NCBI GenBank assembly: GCA_020184695.1 | Contig: JAANOX010000080.1 | Span: 124,001 to 188,000 of the forward strand | DNA: 64,000 bases | Origin: Histomonas meleagridis 2922-C6/04-290x | Taxonomy: Eukaryota > Protista > Parabasalia | Reading direction: 5' to 3' | Shown here: positions 22,058-33,352 of the stretch, piece by piece | How positions within the stretch are numbered: position 1 is the first letter of the stretch | Layout: each line of letters starts with the position of its first letter | The notes under the pieces: generated by a model | Databases searched by the model: none | What the model was told of the DNA's origin: nothing | The model's input: the letters and a program-made list of their open reading frames with translations, nothing else | Made by a program: the position numbers and the translations under genes

Positions 22058-23205
22058 AAATATTTTAAATAATTTCCAAATATTATTATAAAATATAAAA
22101 TTATTATAATAAACTTTAAATATATAAAATAAATGGCTTTAGCATTAATATCAATTCCTTTTTGTTCAAGAATGTACTTAACAAGCTCTATATTTCCTGA
22201 CTGGACTGCTAAAAATAAAATTTCTTTAGGAATAACACTTTTTTCAATAAGATATTTAAAGAGAAACAAATTTCCAATTTTTGCTGTTTCATTGATTGTT
22301 TTTTCATCTATTTTCATTCCTTTTCCTTCTAAAAAAGAAAAAATTTCATAATTTCCATTGGTAACACAAGAACATAACAAATTATTATCAATATTTCCAA
22401 ATTTATTTTCATAAAGATATTTAAAGATATCATTTCGATGGAATTTAATTGCTGTTTCATATGCATCTTCGAATGTTGAATGATTTTGTTCACATAAATG
22501 AATAATTTTTTCATTTCCACCTGCAATTGCATATTTACCTGTGTTTTCTACTTTTGCGCCATTCATAAGTAAAAATTTAAAACATTTAACTGATCCAAAA
22601 AATGCTGCATAATCAATTAATGTAACTTTCCAATTGTTAATAAAAGAACATCTTTCATAAAGTGATGGTTCAATTGTTTGATTAAAATCAAAATCATTTT
22701 GTGATGATATTTCTTGAAGTTTTTCTATTTCATCATTTCGAATTATTTTTGCAATTTCACTTGGATTAACACCTTCTTTATCTAATTTATTATAATTTGA
22801 GAGACCTAATGAAAATTGTTTTTTTATCTTACTGGCATCGATTATATTTTCCTCAATCATATTAATAACAAGGAAAATTGATTCATTTGTTTTTTTTTCA
22901 GTTATAAATGATACAAACATATCAATCATTTTGGGATTGGAACAGCAAAGTTTTTCTTCATTTTCTTGAATTAATCTTAAATAATTTATATATGTTTTAT
23001 ATTCTTCAAAATTAGATTTGATTGCAGAGTAAATTAATGTCGAAATAACATTGTTAAAGGATATTGGTAAATTTGAAACATATAAATTCATGGTTTGTTC
23101 AACAGAAAAATCGATATTTTCCTTGTCTAACTTAAAGATAATTTTTTCTAGGGTTTTAAGGATTTGTTTGTTATCAAATTTATTATTTGGTGCTTCAAAA
23201 TTCAT
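22054..23205 (-). CDS. Locus E DUF3447-ankyrin core ORF
   Basis: Same family motifs; the ORF reads through the first spacer (YFIYLKFIIIILYFIIIFGNYLKYL*) and stops overlapping the first cassette in another frame. Confidence 0.85.
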   Translation of the reverse strand: MNFEAPNNKFDNKQILKTLEKIIFKLDKENIDFSVEQTMNLYVSNLPISFNNVISTLIYSAIKSNFEEYKTYINYLRLIQENEEKLCCSNPKMIDMFVSFITEKKTNESIFLVINMIEENIIDASKIKKQFSLGLSNYNKLDKEGVNPSEIAKIIRNDEIEKLQEISSQNDFDFNQTIEPSLYERCSFINNWKVTLIDYAAFFGSVKCFKFLLMNGAKVENTGKYAIAGGNEKIIHLCEQNHSTFEDAYETAIKFHRNDIFKYLYENKFGNIDNNLLCSCVTNGNYEIFSFLEGKGMKIDEKTINETAKIGNLFLFKYLIEKSVIPKEILFLAVQSGNIELVKYILEQKGIDINAKAIYFIYLKFIIIILYFIIIFGNYLKYL

Positions 23206-23520
23206 GTTGGAATAATGTCAATTGATTCAGAATGTTTGATTGATTTACAAAAGGCAAACCATACACTTTTATCAAAAAAGTGACCGCTCCACTTTTTAGA
23301 TTAATACGGGAAACGAAATTCATTTATCCTATCTTTATATGGAAGATATTATGATATAATCTAGCCAAATGTTGAGGGTATTCAACCTTGAATAAAATAA
23401 ATTAAGAAAATAGTATGTTAAGCACAAGTTTTTCATTCTTACAATTTTTTAATCGTAAAAATATTTTTTATAATTCACGAAAAAAATAGTTTACATATAC
23501 AATACAAACATACATTTATA

Positions 23521-26500
23521 TTATTTCAATTTCAAAACGTTTTTCAATGTTTTGTTTTTCTTTTCTCTTTGTGGAACTCTAATTGCGTACAGGTTTCCAT
23601 CCATTGTCGACACGACCAATGATTGCTTCGATCTACAAAACGTAATATTCGAGACAACACTTTGCTTTAAGTCGAATAACATTTGTTTTTTCTCAGGATA
23701 TAACACCTCAAAACAAAAAATTTGATTCGAATCGTTCACATAAATGATTTTATCTATCCAATTTTCATCAGTGAACGAAAACAAATTTGAAATTTTTTCG
23801 GAGAATTCGAATTTCACTAACAAATAACCATTAGCAGCGAAAGCGTAAAAGAATTTATTCGTAAAACAAACCAAAAAATCGAATTCTTTTGTGAAAATGA
23901 ACTTTAAAATTTTTTCATTTTCATTAAAAGTAATTTTCGACACAATTTTCTTGAAAGAAACAGAAAAAATTATTAAAACATTTTCATTGATTTTATAAAC
24001 AATTAAATTCAAATTATTAGAAGAAATTATTTCATTTACTTTCTCATTTTCCGATTTAATAATTTCATATGTAATTGGAAACTCATTTTCTTTTGAAATT
24101 GCAATTAACATTTTATTAATTACAAACACAAATGAATTATTCACATTACAAAACGAAGTAATTTTCAACGTGAAAACAAAAGATTCACAATGAAACTCAT
24201 TATTAATTCGATATCCCAAACAATTTATCAAATCCAAAATTAAAATATATGTATCAAATGTACAAATTATTAAATTATTAATATTTTGAAAGTTTTCATT
24301 AAATGTAAAAATTGTTTTCACATTAAAGTTATTAAACATCCAATAATATTTAATGATTTTAAATGCGTTTTCTTTCGTATATATTAATATGTATTTACAA
24401 TGATTAATAAATTCGGAAAAAATTATTTTTTCATTCGAAATTTGAGTTGTTAAAACATTTTTCTTTTGTTTCGTGTGCTGTTTCTTTGTTATTGGTAATA
24501 ATGTAACATCAAATTGTTTTTGCGCCCATTCGATAACTTCATTTAAATGTTTTTCTGCTTCAAAACTTTTCCGATTTTCATAAATATAAAAAATTATTTC
24601 TTTTTCATTAATTCCATTAAATTTAGTAACAATATCATTATAATAATAATAAAACTGTGGAATAACACAATTAACTTTCTTAAAACGATTAAGTTCAAAT
24701 GAAAAATCAATGTTAAACTTATTAGAATATATCCATTCATTAAATAAATTCGTTTTTAATGCCATATCCACTTTTTCAGTGGTTGACAGAAAAGTGTCAT
24801 TATGAATTAATGGTAAAAAAGGATATTTCGTGTTAAGATTAAATAAGTTACCATTAATTATATTTAATGCTATTATTAAATTAAAATTCGAAATTTTTTT
24901 ATTCTTCCAATTTTTAGTTATGAAATTAATTTCATTTGTTTGATTATTTAAGATTCGAAATGGAAATTTTCCAATAGCAAAGAAATTAGAAATGGAATCA
25001 TTACTCATATTAATTAAATATGAAGAACATCCATATGTATATATATCAAAATGATTATCACAAAATCGAACAATTGCTTGAATTGAATGAAATGGAATAA
25101 TAATTCTAGGTTTTCCAACTCGTATAATTTGGATTTCCTTTTCAAATAATGATAAAGTAGCAGGTATCATTGAATCAATATTTATTACATTACATTGCGA
25201 ATAAAATTTTGGAGTTTCACTTCCGGCACTTTTCTCGTAAGCTTTGAATTCAATTTCAACGTTTTCTTCTGAATTTTGATTCCATATGAAGCGATGAAAG
25301 AAATTGTAATAAGGAAAATGTAAAAATTGTTGCGAATTTTTAGGATTCTCAAACATGGAATTAGAATAAGAAAATAATGATTTAATACGTATTCTTTCTG
25401 CTTGGATTTGATTATATAAAATATTTTTATTAAGTTTAAAAGATATTTGTGGAAATAAAAATGTCCGAATTTCTAAAATCAAATTTCGAATTTGATCTGT
25501 TAAATTCTGTATTAAAATCTGTAAAAATGAGAAAAGTTCCATCGAAATTTTTGGTGGAAATCGATTTTCTGGAGTACTTTCATCAATAAATTTTATGATG
25601 TTTGTAATAATTAATGAATTATCATGTTCAAAGACAGGCAAATTTAACATATCATGAATTTGAAACAACAAGTCATCATTAAATTTTTTCGTATGAGATA
25701 ACCAAAATTTTAATTCATAATTTAACAAATTCTCATTGAAAACTTTATCCAAAAAGTGCAACGAAAATTTAATTTCTTCAATTTCATTAGAATTATTTTC
25801 TTTTTCGATATTTTCATTAAATAATTTTAATATTTTCTTAGAATATGAATGTTTTAATCTAAATTTATAAAACAATGAAACAAATGATCGTACAATTATA
25901 GAAGCTAATTGCATTTTATCGAATTTTGAGTTATTTGCAATTACAAACATCAAAACGTTTGAAACGAATTTATCTTGAAACTTATGTATATTTTGGTATG
26001 CGTTTGATACCCTTAAAATCATTATCAAGTTTAATATCTTAGAATAATAATTAATAAAATCTTTTGGTTCCATTTTAAACAATTCTTTTAATATTATATA
26101 AATACTTTTTATGTTATTCATCGAATAAATTAAAGGAAATAAAAACCACAACGAATGAAAATCAATATTATATTCCATGTTTAGATCCATATTTTCATTT
26201 TTTCGAATCATTTTTATCATGACAATATCCATTTTAGGGTTTGTTATATTATCAATGATTAAATCGATGTTTTTACATTTTAATGCAATATGTATTAAAA
26301 AGTTTTGTAAATTTTCTTTTTGTGAATTTTGAATAATTTGAAGAACCAAATTAATAAATGAAACGTCATTAACTTTTGAAGTTAAATTAATTAAAAAATA
26401 TACGTTCTCATTTAATAATTTAATTTTCTTTTGTTCAATTAAATGATATAAATATATTAAATATTGATTTGATTCAATTCGATTATTTTTTACATCGTTT

Positions 26501-29500
26501 TTAATTAATAAACATAAATTATTAATATCATGATTATTAATTGGTAAGAAATCCAAAATTTTAAAACAATTTTGTTTCAATAATTGGAAATCTTTCTTAG
26601 AATAATAAAATAAAAAATAAGTTTGAAGTAAAAATTGTGTAAATAATGTGTTCTCATTTAAAGGCGAATTAAAATGTGAAAAGAAATTTATTAATAATTT
26701 AATGATTCGATATAAATTATTTTGTGATGCATTACACCATAACCAAATATTTAATATATAATTCTCTAACAATTCGATTTTCATGTTTATTATATTATTC
26801 GTCTCAATTATTTGTAAGAAACTTGAAAAAACTAAAGGCTCACTTAAGAAATTTGCTTTAAATAAATACGAAATTATTTGTGAAATTTCAGTTAAATTAT
26901 GTATTAAAAAATATATTTTATTATCTTTAGTTGGCATAAACTCATTAAATATATTAATATCAAATCCTGTAATATCATAAAAGATGTTCGGTAAAACATT
27001 TTCTGTATTATTTTCATTTATAGCTAAAAATAAACAATTCGATTTAAACATTTCATTAAAATTTGTTCCTTTTTTAATTATAAATAATAACATTTCAATA
27101 TATAATGAATTTTGTTGTTGAATGTTTTGGAAAATTGGATAAAAATCCGAAACTTTCAAATGTTTTGGCATTAATAATGCTAAAGAATTAATTTCTTTCT
27201 TAGCGGAAATGTTTAATTTCATATTATTATACGAAAACAAAACATTTTCAAATTGACTTAAATCATTAAATCGAGTTGAATATAATTGATCGAATTGAGA
27301 GTTTTCATATGGCATTAAAATCATTGCGAATTCTCTCATTAAAACAGGAGAATTATCTTCTAAATAAGGTTCATTTGTTTGTCCAATGTTAATGTTAATA
27401 TAATCATCAAATTCCATATCTTTAAATATGATTATATCATCAGAAATTATTTCATTAATTCGGAAAGTTACGTACATTTTATTTGTTATGTCATCTTTAA
27501 CTAAATATATAACAAAAAATGACCATTGGTTATTAATTATTGGTATTTTTAACTTTGCTGTTGTTCGATATCGTTTACCTTCATATCGAACTATAAAAGA
27601 ATCTTGTGATTGTGCTATATATAAACGTTGATTAAACTTATCGAACATTTTAATGAATTGAAACATTCCATTAAACTTAGATGAATATAATTGATCGATT
27701 TTTCCATAAAATGTAAATGCAAATCCATCAATGATATTTTTAGATTCGATATCATTTATAATATATATTGGATTTGATGAATAAATTTGAAATTCATTTT
27801 CATTAATATTCGATAATTCCGAATGTAATATTTGTAATACTTTATCAGCAATTGGTAAAAAATTTCCATTTATAGGAAATATTAATGATATAAAAGTATT
27901 ATTAACTTTAATTGATGAACAATGAGAAGTTATCATTTTTAATAAGTTTAATACTTTATCAATTAATTCATTATCATAACTTAATAAAATTTTTCGTTTT
28001 TTATATATAAATTCCCCTTTTAATGACATCAATAAAAAATAATCTAATTCACCTTCATGACAATTAATAATATTTTGTAATGAATAATTACAAAGTTTTA
28101 TAAAGAAATCAATTGTTTCATTTAATTGATTAGAAAATAATATAAGTATTAATGTAATAAAATTTGGAATTTGTATTAGAAACAATTGATTTTTAGTTAA
28201 ATTTGTTGAAGCGTTTAAAAAATTAATGAAATATTGAAACGTTGATTCAGAAGGTTTATTTTCTTCGATTTTTAATACTAAATCTAAAATCAAATTAAAA
28301 CGTTTCGAAGAAATTTTAAATTTTCGATCTGTTTGAGATATAAATGATATTAAAGAAAATCCGATTTCTAATGATTCTTTATTCGGTATTTCGATTAATA
28401 ACTTTAAACATCGATTTAATATCGGCGAAAACTTATCAGCGAAAAATAATTTATGTGAAATTACATTTAAAATCCCTTTAATAAACTCTTTACCTATATC
28501 TAAGAAATATTTATCATTATTATGTGACAAACAATTATTTAAAAACTTAATAGAAAAATTTATAATTTCTTCGGGTAATTCATCGAATTTTGTTAAACAA
28601 TTAATAAAAGAATTATAAATTATCTTAAATAATGGTGGATCAGATAACATATTAATAATAAAGAAATAAAATTTTGTATTTAAAAATGCAATTTTTGATA
28701 TTTCAGGATCTTCTAATAAATTTATTAAAATCGACATAATTATATTTAAAGTTATTGTCTTTTCATTCACTTCATTAGCAATATGATTTTTATGTAATAC
28801 TTCGGCAGCACATATCATATCATATAATATATCAGGATTCGAAAAAAACGAATTTTCATATTTATATGTTAATCGCATTAAACATTCAGTGAATAAATAA
28901 GGTGATAATGAAAACATATCAAGAACATCATAAAACAAAGTTGAATCAACATCAGCGATTTGATTAAAGATATGATTTCGTATTATGTTTAATTTATCTG
29001 TAATTGGTTTCTTAGAAAAAATCGAATTATGTGTTGAAAATATAATGGAATTAAATATTAATGAAATTAATGATTTCGTTAAACCTTTTTTTACAAATGT
29101 TTTAAAAGAATATGAAAAAAGGATAATAATATCGATTTGATAAGGTGAATGATATACTATATCTTGTGAATTATTAAATAATTCATTTAATATAATTAAA
29201 TATTCATTAGTTGAACTAATTAAAAATAAATCAATGTCCGTCGAAAATATTTCAAGTTTTGTTTTAAATATCGTTTTAGATTGAAGTAACTCTTCAGGTG
29301 GTAATTTAAATGAGCCTAAATTATCACTCATTGGTATTGGGTTTTCGTTTTCTTTCATTATTTCATTGATGTCAAATTCGACTTCTTTTTGACTTAAATA
29401 ATTGATCAAAAACTCAAAAAAAGATTTATAGATGTCTTGGATGACATTTAAATTTGTGGTATGTGATTCAACTAATGATAAGATATTAAGTGCTGATTTA

Positions 29501-30276
29501 TCAAAAGAATATATTTGTTGCTGAATTAACATTATAAGAGTAGGGCAAAATAAACTTTTGAAAATTTTGGATTTCTTTTCAAGTAAAAAACCTATCATTG
29601 ATAATACAGAATTGTTGATTTTGGAATCATATGATTCAATACATTTCTGTAAAAGCTGAATTATAAGTTGTGAATGTGTATCATTTAACATCTCGTTTTT
29701 TAATATATGTATAATAATTAGCATAATGAGATCATTGGTGGCTGGAAAAAGATTTTGTTCGAGAAAAACTGTTAACATTCCGACAAATAGATGAAGATAA
29801 TATTCTTGGGTAAGAGATGAGATTGTAGAATTTTGCAAATGTAGCATATCAGAAAAAAAATTGGGATCAAGTACTTCAGGATTTGGTATATCATTAAGCC
29901 AAGCTAAACAAATAAAAATAAATAATAATATCTCAGGAATCGTAAGTTGCTTATTACTTTCAAATTTGTTAGTTAGAAATGAAAGTGTTGAAGGAGAAAA
30001 ATGAAGTGGAAAATTGATTTGATGAAGCGAGTTATAAAGTGGTTGATTCTCTTTTAATAAATGAGAAAGTGTCTTAATATCTTGCGAACCAAAAAAAGGA
30101 ATAGGCCCTAAAATGGAAAAATCATTTTTAATACTCTCATTTTCATTATCATTTTGAAAATCTGAAAAATTGGAATTTCGAGATTTGAGAATTTGCGCGA
30201 TTGGGTGTAACTCGATTTTAGCTTGAATTTTTTCTTTTGCTTGATTGAATATACCAAACATTTTAGGCCTTTTCAT
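23521..30276 (-). CDS. Large Beige/BEACH-family protein with degenerate BEACH and C-terminal WD40-like region
   Basis: WKNKKISNFNLIIALNIINGNLFNLNTKYPFLPL resembles the BEACH start; upstream ConA-like segment (NNQWSFFVIY); terminal LVVSTMDGNL. Confidence 0.7.
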   Translation of the reverse strand: MKRPKMFGIFNQAKEKIQAKIELHPIAQILKSRNSNFSDFQNDNENESIKNDFSILGPIPFFGSQDIKTLSHLLKENQPLYNSLHQINFPLHFSPSTLSFLTNKFESNKQLTIPEILLFIFICLAWLNDIPNPEVLDPNFFSDMLHLQNSTISSLTQEYYLHLFVGMLTVFLEQNLFPATNDLIMLIIIHILKNEMLNDTHSQLIIQLLQKCIESYDSKINNSVLSMIGFLLEKKSKIFKSLFCPTLIMLIQQQIYSFDKSALNILSLVESHTTNLNVIQDIYKSFFEFLINYLSQKEVEFDINEIMKENENPIPMSDNLGSFKLPPEELLQSKTIFKTKLEIFSTDIDLFLISSTNEYLIILNELFNNSQDIVYHSPYQIDIIILFSYSFKTFVKKGLTKSLISLIFNSIIFSTHNSIFSKKPITDKLNIIRNHIFNQIADVDSTLFYDVLDMFSLSPYLFTECLMRLTYKYENSFFSNPDILYDMICAAEVLHKNHIANEVNEKTITLNIIMSILINLLEDPEISKIAFLNTKFYFFIINMLSDPPLFKIIYNSFINCLTKFDELPEEIINFSIKFLNNCLSHNNDKYFLDIGKEFIKGILNVISHKLFFADKFSPILNRCLKLLIEIPNKESLEIGFSLISFISQTDRKFKISSKRFNLILDLVLKIEENKPSESTFQYFINFLNASTNLTKNQLFLIQIPNFITLILILFSNQLNETIDFFIKLCNYSLQNIINCHEGELDYFLLMSLKGEFIYKKRKILLSYDNELIDKVLNLLKMITSHCSSIKVNNTFISLIFPINGNFLPIADKVLQILHSELSNINENEFQIYSSNPIYIINDIESKNIIDGFAFTFYGKIDQLYSSKFNGMFQFIKMFDKFNQRLYIAQSQDSFIVRYEGKRYRTTAKLKIPIINNQWSFFVIYLVKDDITNKMYVTFRINEIISDDIIIFKDMEFDDYININIGQTNEPYLEDNSPVLMREFAMILMPYENSQFDQLYSTRFNDLSQFENVLFSYNNMKLNISAKKEINSLALLMPKHLKVSDFYPIFQNIQQQNSLYIEMLLFIIKKGTNFNEMFKSNCLFLAINENNTENVLPNIFYDITGFDINIFNEFMPTKDNKIYFLIHNLTEISQIISYLFKANFLSEPLVFSSFLQIIETNNIINMKIELLENYILNIWLWCNASQNNLYRIIKLLINFFSHFNSPLNENTLFTQFLLQTYFLFYYSKKDFQLLKQNCFKILDFLPINNHDINNLCLLIKNDVKNNRIESNQYLIYLYHLIEQKKIKLLNENVYFLINLTSKVNDVSFINLVLQIIQNSQKENLQNFLIHIALKCKNIDLIIDNITNPKMDIVMIKMIRKNENMDLNMEYNIDFHSLWFLFPLIYSMNNIKSIYIILKELFKMEPKDFINYYSKILNLIMILRVSNAYQNIHKFQDKFVSNVLMFVIANNSKFDKMQLASIIVRSFVSLFYKFRLKHSYSKKILKLFNENIEKENNSNEIEEIKFSLHFLDKVFNENLLNYELKFWLSHTKKFNDDLLFQIHDMLNLPVFEHDNSLIITNIIKFIDESTPENRFPPKISMELFSFLQILIQNLTDQIRNLILEIRTFLFPQISFKLNKNILYNQIQAERIRIKSLFSYSNSMFENPKNSQQFLHFPYYNFFHRFIWNQNSEENVEIEFKAYEKSAGSETPKFYSQCNVINIDSMIPATLSLFEKEIQIIRVGKPRIIIPFHSIQAIVRFCDNHFDIYTYGCSSYLINMSNDSISNFFAIGKFPFRILNNQTNEINFITKNWKNKKISNFNLIIALNIINGNLFNLNTKYPFLPLIHNDTFLSTTEKVDMALKTNLFNEWIYSNKFNIDFSFELNRFKKVNCVIPQFYYYYNDIVTKFNGINEKEIIFYIYENRKSFEAEKHLNEVIEWAQKQFDVTLLPITKKQHTKQKKNVLTTQISNEKIIFSEFINHCKYILIYTKENAFKIIKYYWMFNNFNVKTIFTFNENFQNINNLIICTFDTYILILDLINCLGYRINNEFHCESFVFTLKITSFCNVNNSFVFVINKMLIAISKENEFPITYEIIKSENEKVNEIISSNNLNLIVYKINENVLIIFSVSFKKIVSKITFNENEKILKFIFTKEFDFLVCFTNKFFYAFAANGYLLVKFEFSEKISNLFSFTDENWIDKIIYVNDSNQIFCFEVLYPEKKQMLFDLKQSVVSNITFCRSKQSLVVSTMDGNLYAIRVPQREKKNKTLKNVLKLK

Positions 30277-30574
30277 TTAGAGTTTACAAGATTTAAAGCT
30301 CAGAAATATCAGTATTTTACATGAAAAGTGTACACTATATATTATTGATAAACATTTATGTTGAAATAATTTCTAAAATTATTTCAGGTAAAATCACTTA
30401 CTAAAAAGATATGTATATTTTGATTTTGCGATAAATGTTTTGTGATAAAAGACAATTGTAAAACATATGAATTAGATTTTTAATGAATTAGTTATTTCAT
30501 TTAAATGAAATAACATTAATCAAGAAAAAGTAAACAAAAAACAAACCAACTATTTACTAAAAATACCGATGTGT

Positions 30575-31075
30575 TTAATTCATGGAACCCTGTCCTGTTT
30601 TCCATTTGTAAAATAAATCAACAGATTTTTGAGTTTGTGTTATCAATTCTTTTTCCTCTGTCATATACACAATGTCTTCATTTCTTTGTAATGTTGATTG
30701 AGAAGAAATATAAGAATTACGAACAACTGTACCAAGTCTTTCTTTACATGTATCAATAATGTTTTTACCAATTTCTGGTTCGCCGCACAATGAACTAATA
30801 GCGGCAGCGAAATGATAAGATCTTTCTGTTTCAATTGCTGCACCAGGATGAATTCCTGCAACCCATTCTGGAACGCCAACACGAACTATATTGACTTGTG
30901 GGTTAGCTAAGATTTGTGCAAGCCAAAAAGGTATATTTGCTCTATAATTAACGGGAATATCTGCATCACTTTGTTCAGGATTTACAATAAATCCTAAGCC
31001 TTCGCACTCCTGCAGAAAAACAACAGGAACAAGTTCTTCACCATGTAAAAAATCGGAAATCTCAGAGGAAGTCAT
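30575..31075 (-). CDS. PSF3: GINS complex subunit Psf3-like
   Basis: EELVPVVFLQECEGLGFI and ANIPFWLAQIL match Psf3 motifs. Likely ATG at 31075. Confidence 0.7.
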   Translation of the reverse strand: MTSSEISDFLHGEELVPVVFLQECEGLGFIVNPEQSDADIPVNYRANIPFWLAQILANPQVNIVRVGVPEWVAGIHPGAAIETERSYHFAAAISSLCGEPEIGKNIIDTCKERLGTVVRNSYISSQSTLQRNEDIVYMTEEKELITQTQKSVDLFYKWKTGQGSMN

Positions 31076-31373
31076 TGGCGGGAAGAACAAACGTACGACA
31101 GTTGGCACCTCACTAACTAAGGCCAAAAAATTGACAGTGTTTGTTTTTAATAAAAAGTGCCACACTTTGTTACAAAGCCAAAAAATAAAGAAAATAATTA
31201 ATTCCATTAAGTTCAATTAGTTTATATTCTATTCTTTCTTACGTTAAACTTTTTCTTCGGCTAAATGAAAAGTTTCTTTAAGAAATAACATCTTTTTTAA
31301 AATTATGTTTTAAAATGAATTAATTTAAATATTCAAAAATACTAGAAAAATATTAAATTTAAAAATTTATTAC

Positions 31374-31609
31374 TTATTTTCTATGAAGCAATTCACCTAT
31401 TTCTGGAAAACCTTTTATGGATGCATACTTAAGTGCTGTTTCAAATAATTTAAATAATTTCCAAATATTATTTTGAAATAATAAAAATTTAATATAAATA
31501 TAATATTAAATAATTAAATATCTTTAGCATTAACGTCAATTCCTTGTTCAAGAAGTAATTTAACTATTTCTGTGTGACCACTTTCAGATGCATAAATAAG
31601 TGCTGTCAT
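31374..31609 (-). repeat. Locus H ankyrin cassette array: 2 cassettes, 74-nt spacer
   Basis: MTALIYASESGHTEIVKLLLEQGIDVNAKDI; terminal ETALKYASIKGFPEIGELLHRK*. Confidence 0.88.
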
Positions 31610-32565
31610 AAATAAAGTAAATAATTTCCAAATATTATTTTGAAACATAAAATTGTTAAAATAAATTCTTTCAAATATGATGAATGATTTTGTTCACATA
31701 AATGAATAATTTCTTCATTTCCACCTGCAATTGCATATTTACCTGTGTTATCTATTTTAGAACCATTCATAAGTAAAAATTTAAAACATTTAATCGCAGA
31801 AAAAAATGCTGCATAATCAATTAATGTAACATTTCTTTGATTAATAAATGAACATCTTTCATAAAGTGATGGTTCAATTGTTTGATTAAAATCAAAATTC
31901 GTTTGTGATGATATTTCTTGAAGTTTTTCGATTTCATCATTTCGAATTATTTTCGCAATTTCATTTGGATTGACTCCTTCTTCAATTAGTTGCTTATGAA
32001 GTTCCCATCCATTATTTGAAAGTTCTTCATAATTCATATGAAATTGATTGATAAATTGTATGTTATTTGATACTTCTATATTAGTATTTTTCCCTAAGAT
32101 ATCATACCATTTTTTTTGTATTGATTCTATGTAATTATTGATTTTATCTTTTGAGAAATATTCAACAAAATATAAAGATGTTCCTTTATTCCGAATAATT
32201 TTTGGATCAATTATCGAGTTCTTGACCATTTCTTCAAGAAGATAATTTGATTCTTGTGTATCAATTGATAATAAAAATTCAGTAAAAGCAAATTTAATGT
32301 TTTGATTTAATTTATTTTCGATCTTTTGTAAAAAATTAAAACATAATTTTTCTTGATTTCTTTGATTCGAAATAAAATATGAATATATAAGTCTACTTAA
32401 TATCAATATACATGAATATGATAATTCTTCAGAAAAATATTTTAATAAATATTCAACTGATTTTTCTATATTATCATCATTTAGATCAAAAATAATTTTT
32501 TCAAGATTTTGTAAAATTAGGAGATTTTCATCATGTTTGAATGACTGACTTTGAGCTGATCCCAT
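31606..32565 (-). CDS. Locus H DUF3447-ankyrin core ORF, internally deleted after EQNHS
   Basis: Family motifs are present up to IIHLCEQNHS, then the sequence joins a spacer; the roughly 100-aa second half of the core is missing. Confidence 0.75.
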   Translation of the reverse strand: MGSAQSQSFKHDENLLILQNLEKIIFDLNDDNIEKSVEYLLKYFSEELSYSCILILSRLIYSYFISNQRNQEKLCFNFLQKIENKLNQNIKFAFTEFLLSIDTQESNYLLEEMVKNSIIDPKIIRNKGTSLYFVEYFSKDKINNYIESIQKKWYDILGKNTNIEVSNNIQFINQFHMNYEELSNNGWELHKQLIEEGVNPNEIAKIIRNDEIEKLQEISSQTNFDFNQTIEPSLYERCSFINQRNVTLIDYAAFFSAIKCFKFLLMNGSKIDNTGKYAIAGGNEEIIHLCEQNHSSYLKEFILTILCFKIIFGNYLLYL

Positions 32566-32831
32566 CAGCAATAAATTATCCTTAATTTATGGTTTCTATC
32601 GGCACGGGATACGTTAAAATCACAGGAATCGTCGAAAAAATGAAAAATTAATACATTTTATTGTTATATACTCAATTTTAAGATATAAAACCAAAATTAT
32701 AGGATTTTTTTTCAAGCTTTAAACATAAAAAAATTATGAGAAATTATGTTTTGAATTCATTCATTGATTGAAACATATTTCAAAAACTTTTTAAATAATG
32801 GGTTTGTTTATTATCAAACACAAAAAGGATT

Positions 32832-33230
32832 TCATTGAGAGCTTCCAAATTTGATATAACTATAATAATTTTCAATTGGAAAGTCTGTTTCGTGAAACGG
32901 AGAATCCTCTAACGAAGCAGAATTGTACTTGGAAGGGTCTTGATAAAGCTCAATGATTGCATTCCCAACCAACCCCTCATTGTGATGTATTGCATTGATG
33001 ATTGCTTGGTGTGAAATTTTATTTTTAAAAAAAGAGCATATCATGAAAACTTCTTTTACGAGGGTAGGAACTTCCTTTTGTGAATGAGAATTTCCTTTTG
33101 ATGGAGTTTGTGAATTTCTTTTCCCTTTTGTATTTATACGTATATCGGTAATATAAGTTCCATTTGGCTCTGCTTCAGTCGTTTTTTCTGCATAAAATCC
33201 TTCTTTATCAACGATCTGTATTGTTGACAT
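32832..33230 (-). CDS. Small hypothetical protein with possible CUE-like C-terminal helical domain
   Basis: 132-aa ORF; FKNKISHQAIINAIHHNEGLVGNAIIELY resembles a CUE/UBA pattern. Confidence 0.45.
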   Translation of the reverse strand: MSTIQIVDKEGFYAEKTTEAEPNGTYITDIRINTKGKRNSQTPSKGNSHSQKEVPTLVKEVFMICSFFKNKISHQAIINAIHHNEGLVGNAIIELYQDPSKYNSASLEDSPFHETDFPIENYYSYIKFGSSQ

Positions 33231-33352
33231 GTGGATTGGGGCATCCCAAAACCGTTAAAGAATTTTCGATAATTGATGAGAAGGACGTTCATTTTATGGC
33301 AGAAATAATTTTCTGAAAAATTAATGAATCAATTTTGATCGTTATCACACAA

